A DNA stretch of 64,000 nt from Squalus acanthias (GCA_030390025.1 CM059449.1:15004001-15068000), one strand, 5' to 3'; shown: positions 51,250-64,000, numbered from the stretch's first letter. Made by a program: numbers and translations. The notes: generated by a model not told the origin, from the sequence alone.

Positions 51250-54150
51250 TCATAGTCATAGAGTTATACAGCAGAGAAAGAGTCCCTTCTGCCCATCATG
51301 TCCACGCCGGCCATCAAGCCCTGTGTATTCTAATCCCATTTTCCAGCACTTGGTCCGTAGCCTTGTATGCTATGGCGTTTCAAGTGCTCATCTAAATGCT
51401 TCTTGTTTGTTGTGAGGGTTCCTGCCTCTACAACCCTTTCAGGCAGTGAGTTCCAGAATCCAACCACACTCTGGGTGAAAAACTTTTTCCTAAAATCCCC
51501 TCTGAACCTCCTGCCCCTTACCCTGAAACAATGCCTCCTGGTTATTGACCCCTCTACTAAGGGGAAAAGTTCCGTTCTATCTACCCTATCCATGCCCCTC
51601 ATAATTTTGTACACCTCAATCAGGTCCCCCCTCAGCATTCTCTGCTCTAAGGAAAACAACCCCAGCCTGTCCAGTCTCTCTTCATAGCTGAAGCGCTCCA
51701 GCCTAGGTAACATCCTGGTGAATCTCCTCTGCACTCTCTGCAATGCAATAACATCCTTCCTATACTGTGGCGACCAGAACTGCACACAGTATTCCAGCTG
51801 AGGCCTAACTACTGCTTGTACAGCTCCATCATAACCTCCCTGCTCTTATATTCTAAGCCTCGGCTAATGAAGGCAAGTATCGCATATGCCTTTTTAAACA
51901 CCTTATCTACCTCTCCTGCTGCCTTCAGGGATCAATGTACATGCACATCAAGTACCCTCTGATCCTCTGTCCTTCCTCGTGTCCTACCATTCATTGTGTA
52001 TTGCCTTGCCATGTTAGTCCTCCTAAAATGCATCACCTCACACTTTTCAGGGTTAAATTCCATTTGCCACAGTGCTGCCCATCTAACCAACCCGTCTATA
52101 TCGTCCTGTAGCCTGAGGATTCCCTCCTCGCTATTTACCACTCCACCAATTTACGTGTCATCTGCGAATTTACTGATCACACCTCTTACGTTCATTTCTA
52201 AATCATTAATATACACTACAAACAGCAAAGGACCCAGCACCGATCCCTGTGTTGCACCACTGGACACAGGCTTCCAGTCAGAAAAACAACCTTCGACCAT
52301 CACCCTCTGCCTCCTGCCACTAAGCCAAATTTTGAGTCCAATATGCGAAATTGCCCTGGATCCCATGGGCTCTTACCTTCTTGACCAGTCTCCCATGTGG
52401 GACTTTGTCAAAAGCCTTACTGATGTCCATGTAGACTATATCAACTGCACTACACTCATCCACAAACCTAGTCACCCTCTCGAAAAATTCAATTAAATTG
52501 GTTAAACATGATCTCCGCCTGACAAAGCCACGCTGACTTTCCTTGATTAATCCTTGCCTCTCCAAGTGGAGACTAATTCTGTCCTTCATAATTTTTTCCA
52601 ATAATTTCCCTACCACTGATGTTAGGCTCACTGGCCTGTAATACCCAGGTTGAACCCTACAAACCTTCTTGAATAATGGTACTACGTTAGCTGTTCTCCA
52701 GTACTCTGGCACATCCCTTGTGGCCAGAGAGGTTCTGAAAATTTGTGTCAGAGCCCCTGCAATCTCCTCCCTTACCTCACACAGCAGCCTGGGATACATC
52801 TTGTCTGGACCTGGGGATTTATCCACTTTTAAGCCCGCTAAAACCGCTAGTACCTCCTCTTTCTCAACACTAATTTGTTCAAGTATATCACAATCCCCCT
52901 GCCTGATTTCTATGCCTACATCGGCCTTCTCCAGAGTGAACCCAGGTGCAATATATTCATTTCAAACCTCACTTACATCTTCCAGCTCTACACACAGATT
53001 GCCACTTTGGACCCTAATGGGCCCTACACTTTCCCTGGTTATCCTCTTGCCCTTAATATACTTGTAAAACACGTTGGGATTTTCCTTTATTTTGCCCACT
53101 AGTGTTTTTTCATGCTCCCTCTACGCTCCACTAATTTATTTTTTAATACCCCCCTGCACTTTCTATACTCCACTAGGGCTTCCACTGTTTTTAGTCCTTT
53201 GTATCTGCCAAAAGCCTCCCTTTATTTCCTAATAAATTTTTGTATATCCCTTGACATCCAGGGTTCCCTAGGCTTGTTGCTCCCACCCTTGACCTTTACG
53301 GGAACATGTTGACGTTGTACTCTCTCTATTTCCTTTCTGAAATACTCCCACTGCTGTGATGTGGATTTTCCTACAAGTAGCTGATCCCAGTCCACTTTGG
53401 CCAGATCCTGCCTTATATTAAAATCGGCCTTCCCCCAATTTAGAACCTTTCTTTCCGGTCCATCTTTGTCCTTTTCCATGACTACCTGAAATCTCACCGA
53501 ATTATTGGTCACCGTCACCAAAATGCTCTCCTACTGACACTTCTACCACTTGCCCGGCTACATTCCCTAGAATTAGGTCCAGCACCGCCCCCTCTCTTGT
53601 AGAACTTTCTACATCCTGGCTCAAAAAGCTCTCCTGGATGCACTTTAAGAATGCGGCACCCTCTAAGCCTTTCACACTCTGACTATCCCAGTTAATATTG
53701 GGGAAGTTGAAATCCCCCCCTATTATTTATATACTTCTCAGGGATTTGCCTACATATCTGTTCCTCTATCTCCCCCTGACTGTTTGGGGGCGTTTAGTAC
53801 ACTCCCAGCAAAGTGCTTGCCCCCTTTTTGTTTTCTAGTTCTACCCATATGGCCTCATTAGAGGAACCTGCTAAGATATCATCCCTCCTTACAGCAGTAA
53901 TTGACTCCTTGATTAATATTGAGACACACGCTCCTCTTTTACACTGCCCTCTGCCTCGCCTGAAGATTCTATACCACGGAATATTGAGCTGCCAGTCCTA
54001 CCCCTCCCTCAACCATGTCTCTGTGATAGCAACAATATCATACTCCCATGTGTTCATCAACACCTTCAATTCATCTGCCTTACTCGCAAGACTCCTTGCA
54101 TTAAAATGAATGCCATCCCACCTTGCCATACTCCCTTGTGCCGTTAGAGA
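51250..54150 (-). mobile_element. CR1 LINE (~2.9 kb, degenerate), copy B only
   Basis: ORFs 53222-53521, 52320-52826, 52151-52366 and 51330-51785; interrupts the SINE shared with A. Confidence 0.92.
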
Positions 54151-56082
54151 TATGCTCTGCCTTGAATTCTGGGACTGTTAGATTTCATTTCATGCCTTTC
54201 TTTGATTGGCTTTCTCTTGAATTATAACTCATATTTTAGTCCCATCTCTATTCAATTTCGATTTTCAACTTGCATCGCCTGTGCGTAAAAGTGGCGTTTG
54301 GGATGGGCCGCACCTGTGCTTTACGCCTGTGTGGCAAGTTGAGAATCTACCCCACATCTTCAAGAAGAAAAGTTGAGGCCGTCCAACTTCGTTTCATCTT
54401 TAGATTTTTACATCCAACTGAGAGAACTGTTTACATGATAATCTACCTGGAAAAGTAAACCAGAGGTCAGTAGGTTTAAAAATAACAGAATTAGCCCAAG
54501 TCATTGTGCTACATACCCGATTTGTTCATCTGCACGCAGAGCTGTCATAATTCCTCTCTATAAAGCAGAGAAAAAGGAAAAAAAGAAAGACTTGCATTTA
54601 TATAGCGCCTTTGACCACCTCAGGACGTCCCAAAGCGCTTCACAGCCAATGAAGTTCTTTTTGAAGTGTAGTCGCTGTTGTAATGTAGGAAACGCGGCAG
54701 CCAAATTGCGCATAGCAAGCTCCCACAAACAGCAATCTGACAATGGCCAGAAAATCTGTTTCAGTGATGTTCATTCAGGAATAAACATTGGCCGGGACAC
54801 CGGGGAGAACACCCCTGCTCTTCTTCAAAATAGTACCAAGGGATATTTTACTTCCAGCTGAGAATGTAGTCGGGGCCTTGGTCTACTGTGTCATCCAAAA
54901 GATGGCACCTCCGGCAATGCAACGCTCCCTCAGCACTGCACTGGGAGTGTCAGCCTAGATTTTTGTGCTCAAGTCTCTGGAGTGCGACTCGAAGGCCACA
55001 ACCTTCAATGTTTCAGAGGCGTGGGTTAACAACGGAGCCACTGCAAATGACCCTGCCTAATTTAATTTACTTGAACAGTGTATACAATACAATAAAACAT
55101 ATTGTGCCGTAGAAAAAGCGCTGTAATGCACTGTGGTCTGATGCTATAGGATACAACATAACATGGAAGAAAACGAGAAGGCAATAAAATAAAATATACA
55201 GTAGGATGTACCGTATTGCACAACAATAAAACGATACAATTAGTATGGTCCAATATATAATACGCTACCACGCAATATAAAACAGCCTAAGATTTTTCTG
55301 TGCGATATAAACGGTGTTCATATCAGATTCCGAGGCCCACTATTTTAACTGTTTACTTTAAACTAATGTGAAAAGCATGAGCGCGCCAAGCACTCGTACG
55401 AGAATAGGGTGATATCCAGGCTAATCTATTATAATAGATGATATATAATACAGCATAACATTGAAACGTACTTTTAAATATCATGTAATAATACGTCACA
55501 CAAAAAAGTCAGCGTGTGGTAAGAACATATTTTAAAATATTATATTAGCCATAAACCTTAACACTTCAAATTGACATTGTGACCAAGACGTCTAAAATGT
55601 GTCACTCAATAGCCGTTTTGGAAGCAAGAGTTATTGAATCATAGAGCCATACAACACAGAATGAGGCCATTCGGCCCAATCTGCCCGTGCCGGCTCTCTG
55701 CAAGAGCTATTAATTAGTCCCACTCCCCCCTGCTCTTTCCCCATAGCCCTGAAACAGTACCCTTTTTAACTATTTATCCAAATCCCTTTTGAAAGTTAAT
55801 GTTGAATCTGCTTCCAGCACGCTTTCAGGCAACGCATTCCAGATCACAACAACTCACTGAGTAAATAAAACATCTCCTCATCTCCCCTTGCCTTTTTTTT
55901 TTACCAATACCTTAAATCTATGACCTCTGGTTAGCGACAGAATAATCAGACTGAACAAGACTGAACTCTTGGTCAACGGATTATACGTGATAGAATAGAA
56001 AATTAACCATATTATCAATTAAAATCGAATTAAATCGAAGGAGTAAGCGTTCGGAGTTTATTAAAAGTGACAGGTTGTTCAC

Positions 56083-56505
56083 ATAGAAACATAGAATCCA
56101 GGAGCAGGAGTAGGCCATTCGTCGAGCCTGCTCCACCATTCAATACGATCATGGCTGATCATCCAAATCCAGTACCCTGTCCCTGCTTTAATCCCCACAG
56201 TACACATATCCCACCCTACCCCCGTAACCCCACGTATTTAATTCCCCCTAACATATCCCATCCTATCCCCATAACCCCACATATTTAATCCCCCCCTAAC
56301 ACTAAGGGTCAATTTATCATAGCCAAATCAACCTAACCCGCACATTTTTGGACTGTGGGAGGAAACCGGAGCACCCGGAGGAAACCCACGCAGACACGGG
56401 GAGAATGTGCAAACTCCACACAGACAGACACCCGAGGTCAGATTCGAACCCGGGTCTCTGGCGCTGTGAAGCACCAGTGCTAACCACTATGCCACCGTGC
56501 TGCCC
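56083..56505 (-). mobile_element. HE1-type V-SINE (tRNA head, V core, CR1-type tail), copy B only
   Basis: GGGCAGCACGGTGGCATAGTGGTTAGCAC...GGGTTCGAATC head; core GTGTGGAGTTTGCACATTCTCCCCGTGTCTGCGTGGGTTTCCTCCGGG; empty site at ~28228. Confidence 0.85.
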
Positions 56506-56670
56506 GTTTCTTTCTGTCACCCACCTGTTTCATGGATCACTGAGTAGAGCGGATCTGAACTGAAGCAAAAGAGGATACCAGAAAATGTAGGCATCCAAAA
56601 CAATAAAATACATTAAAGAAAAAGAAAGTGGCTTTCTTTAAAAAAAAAGTCGATCAATGTAAACAGTTAC

Positions 56671-59034
56671 CTGGTGGGTTGCTGAAGAGCGACTGTGAGG
56701 AGAGAAAGACAAAGACAGAAAAATTAAAGAGCTGAATTTATTGATTATATCTGCAAGAAGCAACTGAAATAATTGATATCGAAAGAATTGAATCAAATTT
56801 TGGGGGCAGTTTTAAACAAACCCGCGGAGAAACGGACGGGATCGGGTGCAACGTTTTGAAGTCAAATGAGAGCAACATTGGACGCGTCTAAACCCGGCGT
56901 TCCACCCGATGCCGTGCGTGTCCCGCCGGGTGAGTTCGAATAAAATTACCAGAGAATTTGCCAACCACATGGAACTCAGTAGAGGTACAATTAGTGCTGT
57001 TACCTCTCTTACGACGCCGGCTGATAACAACTATGACTATGATGATGATGATGATCAGGAGGGGAACCGCTACCGTTGCAAAGACGAGTGGTGGGATCAT
57101 TGGTGCGGACTCGCCGTGGCTGCTCTCTCCACCACCTGTGTGTAAATGTAAAGTTTCTTTTGTGAGACAGAGCATTCAAGAGCAGGGCAATGATCACATT
57201 GAGATTGAGGATCAGCAAATGTGACACAGATTCCCAATCCCCTTTGACATGCGGGGCTATTTCACACTGGCATACATGAAACTAGGCCACGGATCAAAAC
57301 GCAAAATGTCACCAGTGGGCAACTGGAGATATTCCCACCCTGGAAGTAACACTGGGAGAAATTTAATGTAGGGACGTTTAATGGGTTGGTGCCAGTTTCC
57401 TTTCTTTTAAATGCCGGGGGGTAGAGGTGAGGTCGTGTGAGTTCTGTTAACATCGGAACTTAGAAACAGGAGGAGGCCATTCAGTCCCTCCAGCCTGTTC
57501 CACCATTCAATGAGATCATGGCTGATCTGCGACCTAACTCCATATTACCGCCTTTGGCCCATATTCCTTAATACGTTTGGTTAACAAAAATCTATCAATC
57601 TCCGATTTAGAATTAACAATTGATCTAGCATCAGTTGTCGTTTGAGGAAGAAAGTTCCAAACTTCTAGCAGACTTTGTGTGTGTAGAAGCGTTTCCTAAT
57701 TTCACTCCTGAAAGCTCTGCTATAAGTTCTACACCATGCCCCCTCGTCCTAAACTCCCCAACCAGCGGAAATAATTTCTCTCCATCTACCATCTCTGTTC
57801 TCCTTAATATCTCGAGAGTGTCCCGCCCAGTTTTCTTGAATTCACTAGAACCTGGAGATCCAATAGATCCTGAGCACGAACCAGAAAATCGTCCCCTCCT
57901 ATTTACGGGATGCTTAAGACAAAGCGAACATCTGGAAATTAGAAGTGCCGAGACTGGGTGGTCAACGTGGTTCTTCCGCGGACCCATCTTTGCATTTTGT
58001 TGGCGCGCAATGTTGTAATTTCTATTTGCACACACAATTATATCCGTCACTACCTCCATTTACAGGATGACAGTGAAATCTAACTTATCATAGAAGTGTT
58101 TACCGGTTTATTTCCAATATTGGCACGCGGTGATTTCACGTGTTGCTCTCATTACGGGGCTCCAGTCTTCGCCTCGCTCACTGTAACTGGGTTGACTACT
58201 TATCTACAGCCCTACCTAAAATTGTATACAGCAACTGAAGGTAATTAATATCCCCTCCATTATTTTATTTTAAAAGGTCATTCTCGGGATACGGGCGACG
58301 CTGGCGAGGCGGGCATGTTATTGTCCATCTCTGGTTGACCCCTTGCGAAGGTGGTGGTGGGCCGCCTTCTTCTTGAACTGCTGAAGTTCAGTGTGGTGAA
58401 GGTTCTCCCGCAGTGCTGTTAGGGAGGCAGTTCTGGGATTTTGGAAGGAACAGCGATACAAGTCCAAATCAGGATGGTGTGTGACTTGGCGGGGGACTTG
58501 GAGGTGATTGTGTTCCCATGCGCCTGCTGCCCTTGACCTTCTGGGTGGTGGAGGTCGCGGTTTTGGGAGTTCCAATTGATCTAATGGAGAATTTATCTCT
58601 ACGGCCGAAATTACCCCTAGCAAAATCCCATATGATTGCGTGCAATTTCATTGGTAATAACATCTCCACCAATCCAAACTTACTGTGTTGACGCCGTTCC
58701 ACGGTCACTGTTGTCCCGGTTCCGTCTGCTGCAGCGAATCCCACGAGCTGCACTTTGCAGAAATAGAACCCGGTATCTTCCGGTTTCAGCTGGATTATTC
58801 TAATGGTCGCGTCTCCCCTCTGGCTGAAATCCGCTTCACTTGCCCCGAACACCCTGCCTCTGTATTCCGCTGTATTGTTGGAAACGTCATTTCCCTGTTT
58901 GTTGCCTCGGTGCCACGTGTAGCTGCCGATTCCTGTGGGACTCTCATATCTACAGAGCAGGTCCGCTGTCTGTCCTGCGGTTTTGGTGAGAGATTGCGGG
59001 CTCTGAATTACGGTAATATTTCCAACAGTAACTG
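56671..59034 (-). CDS. Gene N2: single-V paralogue of N1 (exons 59034-58684, 57135-57004, 56692-56671); leader not found, functional status unknown
   Basis: ORFs 58469-59077 and 56888-57175. Exon sizes of 351, 132 and 22 nt are identical to N1 and the frames are open. Homology to copy A ends at ~61286, before the leader position. Confidence 0.8.
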
Positions 59035-59604
59035 CTGAAAGTGGGTAAAACAGACCATTTATAAATTTACAGGGCACCTCTTTGCTTTAAAGCACGCCGT
59101 GGAAGGGCTGGTTTGAAGCAAATATTTGTTCGGAGGATTTTTGATAAGGTATTCCTGATCTTTAACTTGAGGGAATAAAAACTGAAAGCACTGGCTACAC
59201 TCAGCAGGCCAGGCAGCATCTGTGGAAAGAGAACCAGAGTTAACCTTTCAGCTCCATGACATTTCGTCAGAACTGAAAGGTTGGAGATGTACCAGGTTTT
59301 AAGCAATTGCAGAGGCAGGGAAAAGGAGGAAGGGGAGGAAAGAAGAAAAGGGAGGGTCTGTGATAGAGTGGAGGCAGGAGAGATTAAATGACAAAAGGGA
59401 TGATGGTGCAAGACAAAAAGAAATGGTAATAGGACAAGTAAAGAAACAAAAGATGGGTGCATAAGGGGTGTGAATGGTTAACTTGAGGGATATTGGTGCT
59501 GGAGCTGGAGCGCCTTTGGTTTTTGGGATCACTCCATGTCAAGTATAGAATGGATCTGGTACAAAGTACCTCTGACCCGTTCCAAATAATAAGCATTCAC
59601 TTTA

Positions 59605-61071
59605 ACGATAGTCCAGTCTCTTCCCACCTACATCCGCGACTCTTCCGATGCCCTCCGCCATTTTAACAGTTTCCAGTTTCCCGGCCCCAACCGTCTCCTC
59701 TTCACTATGGACGTACAATCCCTCTACACCTCCATTCCCCACCAGGATGGCCTGAGGGCGCTCCGCTTCTTCCTTGAACAGAGGCCCAACCAGTCCCCAT
59801 CCACCACCACCCTCCTCCGCCTGGCTGAACTTGTTCTCACATTGAACAACTTCTCCTTTGACTCTACCCATTTCCTCCAAATTAAAGGTGTTGCTATGGG
59901 TACCCGCATGGGTCCTAGCTATGCCTGCCTTTTCGTGGGATATGTGGAACACTCTTTGTTCCAGTCCTACTCGGGTCCCCTCCCTCACCTCTTTTTCCGG
60001 TACATTGATGACTGTATCGGTGCCGTCTCCTGCTCTCGCCCTGAACTAGAACATTTCATTCACTATGCTTCCAATTTCCACCCTTCCCTCACCTTCACAT
60101 GGTCCATCTCCGACTCTTCTCTTCCCTTCCTCGACTTCTCCATCTCCATCTCTGGGGATAGGTTATTGACTAACATTCACTACAAGCCCACCGACTCCCA
60201 CAGCTACCTGGACTACACTTCCTCCCACCCCGCCTCCTGTAAGGACTCTATTCCATTCTCCCAGTTTCTCCGTCTCCGCCGCATCTGCTCTGATGATGCC
60301 ACCTTCCATACCAGTGCTTCCGACATGTCTTCCTTTTTCCTCAACCGAGGATTCCCCTCTACCGTGGTCGACACGGCCCTCGACCGTGTCCGTTCTATCT
60401 CCCGCACATCTGCCCTCACCCCTGCCCCTCCCTCCCGGAACCACGATAGGGTTCCCCTTGTCCTCACCTTTCACCCCACCAGCCTCCACATTCAACGGAT
60501 CATCCTCCGCCATTTCCGCCACCTCCAGCGTGATCCCACCACCAAACACATCTTCCCCTCACCTCCCCTCTCAGCATTCCGCAGGGACCGCTCCCTCCGC
60601 GACACCCTAGTCCACTCCTCTACCACCCCCAGCACCCCTTCCCCTTCGCCCGGCACCTTCCCGTGCACGCGCAGGAGATGCAACACATGCCCTTATACCT
60701 CCCCTCTTCCCACTGTCCAGGGCCCCAAACACCCCTTCCAGGTGAAACAGCGATTTACTTGTACTTCCTGCAATTTAGTATACTGTATTCGCTGCTCACG
60801 ATGTGGACTCCTCTACATTGGGGAGACCAAACGCAGATTGGGTGACCGCTTTGCGGAACACCTCCGTTCAGTCCGTAAGGGGGACCCCGAGCTCCCGGTG
60901 GCCTGTCACTTTAATTCACCGCTTCACTCCCACTCTGACCTCACCGTCCTCGGCCTAATACACTGTTCCACGGAAGCTCAGCGTAAGCTCGAGGAACAGC
61001 ACCTCATCTTTCGTTTAGGCACGCTACAGCCCTCTGGACTCAATATCGAGTTCAACAATTTTAGATCATAA
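59605..61071 (+). mobile_element. Penelope-like retroelement, 5'-truncated, with open RT + GIY-YIG frame (454 aa), copy B only
   Basis: DVQSLYTSIP, GVAMGT, RYIDD, LPFLD, YKPT (PLE RT); NLVYCIRC...LYIGETKR...RFAEH (GIY-YIG). Empty site at ~33138. Confidence 0.93.
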
Positions 61072-61286
61072 TCAGTTCTCCCGGTATGCTTTCTGTGCTG
61101 TCCGCCGCTCTCATTAACACTTTGAGCGAGGGTGTGAAATGGGCAATCTCGAATTAAACGCCTTGCCCGATGTTCTGTTCCATTTGGGTGCCATTTTAAC
61201 TCTGGGTGCTAAATGGGCGAGGTCGGATCGGCTGCCTGAAATCAAAATCGGGGCAGGTGTACAACTGCGGCTGATCCGATGTCGCC

Positions 61287-62900
61287 ATAGCTCTCCATAT
61301 ATCTTTCTACTTCTTTTCTTGATCTGTCTTTGCATTTCTCACTGTCTGCTTTCTGGTTCTCAGTTTCTCTCACTGGTTCTCTGTGAATTTGGGAGTGATG
61401 AAATAGGAGAATGAAAGATGTTTTATTTAAATTTGGAGAGACAGGCGTTGAGGGGCCCTGGGTGACAGTCTGGGACCAGTGGGGCACACACGCAGGCTGT
61501 GCAAAGACTGGTGTCCTGTATCTCTAATTCTTTTCATTATATCACTGTATCTCTACAGTTTTTTTTATATCTCTGTTCCTCTCTCTCTATGTGCCTATCT
61601 GTATGTCGATCTCGCTTTATATTTCTGTATCTCTCTGTACCTTTCCTTTATAACTTTATAATTTTGTATTCCTTGAAATCTCCACACCTCTCTCTTTGAA
61701 ACTCTCAGAATGTCTGTTCTCTTTTTCTCGCAGGATCCCTCTCAGGCCTATTATTTGAGAGAGACATTTTAAACTTAAACAGAACCTGCTCCAAAGACAC
61801 AAGAGATGCGGAACTAGAATGTTTGCCAACACCTTCTGCCTCATCTGGACTGGGAACCTTGGGTTTTGTACATTCCACCATCTCCTGTCCATACAATAAA
61901 CACCTTGCATCCTGTGTAGTTCAGAACAGATTAACAGATCAGGAAAAGCATGTCCCTTGCCAGAGTGCTGCCCTGGGCTATCCATGGATTAGCAGGTCAA
62001 TGGACAGGCCCCCTAGCGAGCAAAGCCAACATGTCAATGGCTCAAGGGGTGGAGTCTGCAATCTGCTCACCTGGTGGGGGCGGGTTGTGGGTGGGAAGAT
62101 CCAAGTCCCAATCCTTCCTCCCTCCAGAATAAGGGACGTCTCTCAGTCTGCTGTGTGTGTGTTTGTTGTGCTGTGTGCAATTTCTCTCTGTCTCAATCTT
62201 TAACTCTTCAGATTCTCTGGTTTCTAAGCGGGGTTTACTTGTAATGTGATGTTGTCGAGAGATTGTCTGTGTAACTGAGAGAGGGAGCCCTGGGCTCTTG
62301 CTGTGCTTTTTTTGCTTTGTTTCTCCACCAATCTCTTTTCTCTCTCTCTTCTCCCAAGGACATATTTTATATTTGCAAAGCTGTAACAAGATGCAGAGAA
62401 AGCGAGAGAGCTTTGGGACAAGGAATACCTTGGACAAGATCTTCCTCCGCAGTGGACAATCCGAGGCCTTCACAAGAGGCTGCACCCAATGGGCCCACGT
62501 GAGTCTGTGTCTGTTTATAACCCCGGGGGTTTCATTTCCTCTCGGGGACCCTGGGTTTCTGGTGCTTCGGGTTAACTTGTTCCTGTTGGATTGTGCGCCT
62601 TGAGTTTTCAACAGGTTTAAAGCCTGGGGTTAAAGTAGCCCCGGCCTTGCAATGTGGCACAAACACGTTAACCCCTGGTGCGGGACAAAGAGGCCCCCAA
62701 AGAGGAAATTAAAGTCCTCAACTTGAACCCGTGTTAAAATTACAGAATAATGCTGGTGTTTTGGGCAGTGCGACTAATTTGACGGTTAAATGAGATGTGC
62801 GGTGTCCATTTTAATTCAGTTTACTGGGGTTCCGAGCGTGGATTTATTACTGTGTCTATTTCACTCCAGCTTTCTCTGTCTCTCTCCATCTTTCTTTTCT
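61287..62900. other. Sequence unrelated to copy A, possibly LTR/ERV-derived
   Basis: Abrupt loss of A/B homology; TATA-like motif on the minus strand; no recognisable ORF. Confidence 0.25.
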
Positions 62901-63036
62901 CTCTCTATCTTTCTCTGTTATGTGTCTTGATGTCAAATTTTGTTTTATAACACTCGTGTGAAGCGCCCTGTTTTTTTTTACTACATTAAAGGCACTATAC
63001 AAATATAAGTTGCTGTTGTTGTTGTTATCTCAGCTG

Positions 63037-63175
63037 NNNNNNNNNNNNNNNNNNNNNNNNNNNNNNNNNNNNNNNNNNNNNNNNNNNNNNNNNNNNNNNN
63101 NNNNNNNNNNNNNNNNNNNNNNNNNNNNNNNNNNNNNNNNNNNNNNNNNNNNNNNNNNNNNNNNNNNNNNNNNNN
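63037..63175. other. Assembly gap
   Basis: N run. Confidence 0.99.
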
Positions 63176-64000
63176 TTCCTTTTGCAAAGCAACCGAATTT
63201 TTCCCCCTTAACATCTAACAAATGCCGCCCACAGCAATGTGATTTGTCATCATTTTAAATGATAGACAGAAACATTTCAAAGTACATTTCAACCAAGATT
63301 AAAGCGGAGAAAAAGAGAAAGAAAGAGTGAGAGAGAGCGGATGAGTGGAATAAAAAGGTCAGAGACGAGGACCTAGATAGGAACAGAGAAAGTTTCCCAA
63401 AGGAATCAACAGCTTAATCCCTGTTTAAAGAGTGAGTTCTGCACTTTCTGGGGAGTGAGGGGATGTCCGCAGGCTTGGAATACACGCCGGGGGAGGGCGG
63501 GTTACAGCGGGCGAGTGGGGGCGGGGGGACGATAGGGAAGGAGTAGGTCCCATTCCCCACTTGCTCCTTTCAGCCTGTCTGTGAGGTTGGGTGTGAGCTG
63601 TGGGTGGAATCGAGCAGTTTCACTGGGGCCTGTTCTTGGCCCCGCTCCCCTGTGTGGGGCCTGAGGGTGGGTTCAGCGTTTGAGATTTTCAAACTGCAGT
63701 AATGTTTCTCTCTCTATCTCCTTCTGCATCACTCACTCCAGAGTTACACACCTATCTCTCCCTCTCCCTCTGTTGGGGTCTCTCTATCACTGCACAGAGA
63801 GTTACACACCTATCTCTACCTCCTCTGCTGGTGTCTCTCTCTCATGTCCTGGGGCCAATATTTATCCCTCAACCAACGTCACTGAAACCGATCATCTGGT
63901 TATTATCACATTGTTGTTTGTGGGAGCTTGCTGTGCACAATTTGGCTGCCACGTTTGCTGTACAGCGCTCCTGAGGTTGTGAAATTAAAGTCCTCCACGT

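Larger units (their letters stand above)
41025..61286. repeat. Segmental duplication, copy B (P2 plus N2)
   Basis: Direct-orientation copy of 12868-33326, offset ~28 kb. Confidence 0.92.

Noticed and set aside
56430-56505. tRNA gene (also ~8608-8695)
   Set aside because: The tRNA-like sequences are SINE heads joined to SINE cores and LINE tails.
3178-59077. Rearranging Ig/TCR locus
   Set aside because: The J-like strand is inside each V exon and followed directly by a splice donor. I found no RSS heptamer-spacer-nonamer beside the V exons and no C1 exons; scattered CACAGTG words are mostly within repeats.

Overview
Repeat-rich vertebrate genomic DNA, most likely from a shark or ray (inferred from an HE1-type V-SINE, DeuSINE-like elements and dense CR1 LINEs). 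The window holds a cluster of NKp30/NCR3-like Ig-superfamily receptor genes whose single-exon V domains end in a germline-joined J-like GxGT strand. I rebuilt five gene models by hand from splice sites and exon phases. Gene X (- strand, 5740 to at least 216) has a neutral TM and a tail with YEGI. Gene P1 (+, 15672-21668) has a stalk Cys, a TM Lys and almost no tail (activating type). Gene N1 (-, 34927 to about 28394) has two tandem V exons and a neutral poly-Ile TM. P2 and N2 are their copies in a ~20 kb segmental duplicate (A ~12868-33326, B ~41025-61286); P2 is a double-nonsense pseudogene, and N2 has one V exon and no leader in the window. Several heavily decayed V-like exons may lie between the genes. 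Comparing A with B reveals copy-specific insertions: CR1s, Penelope elements with minimal hammerhead-ribozyme motifs, a Harbinger-like MITE and a SINE. All models come from reading the sequence by eye; none is confirmed by transcripts or database searches, and repeat boundaries are approximate.
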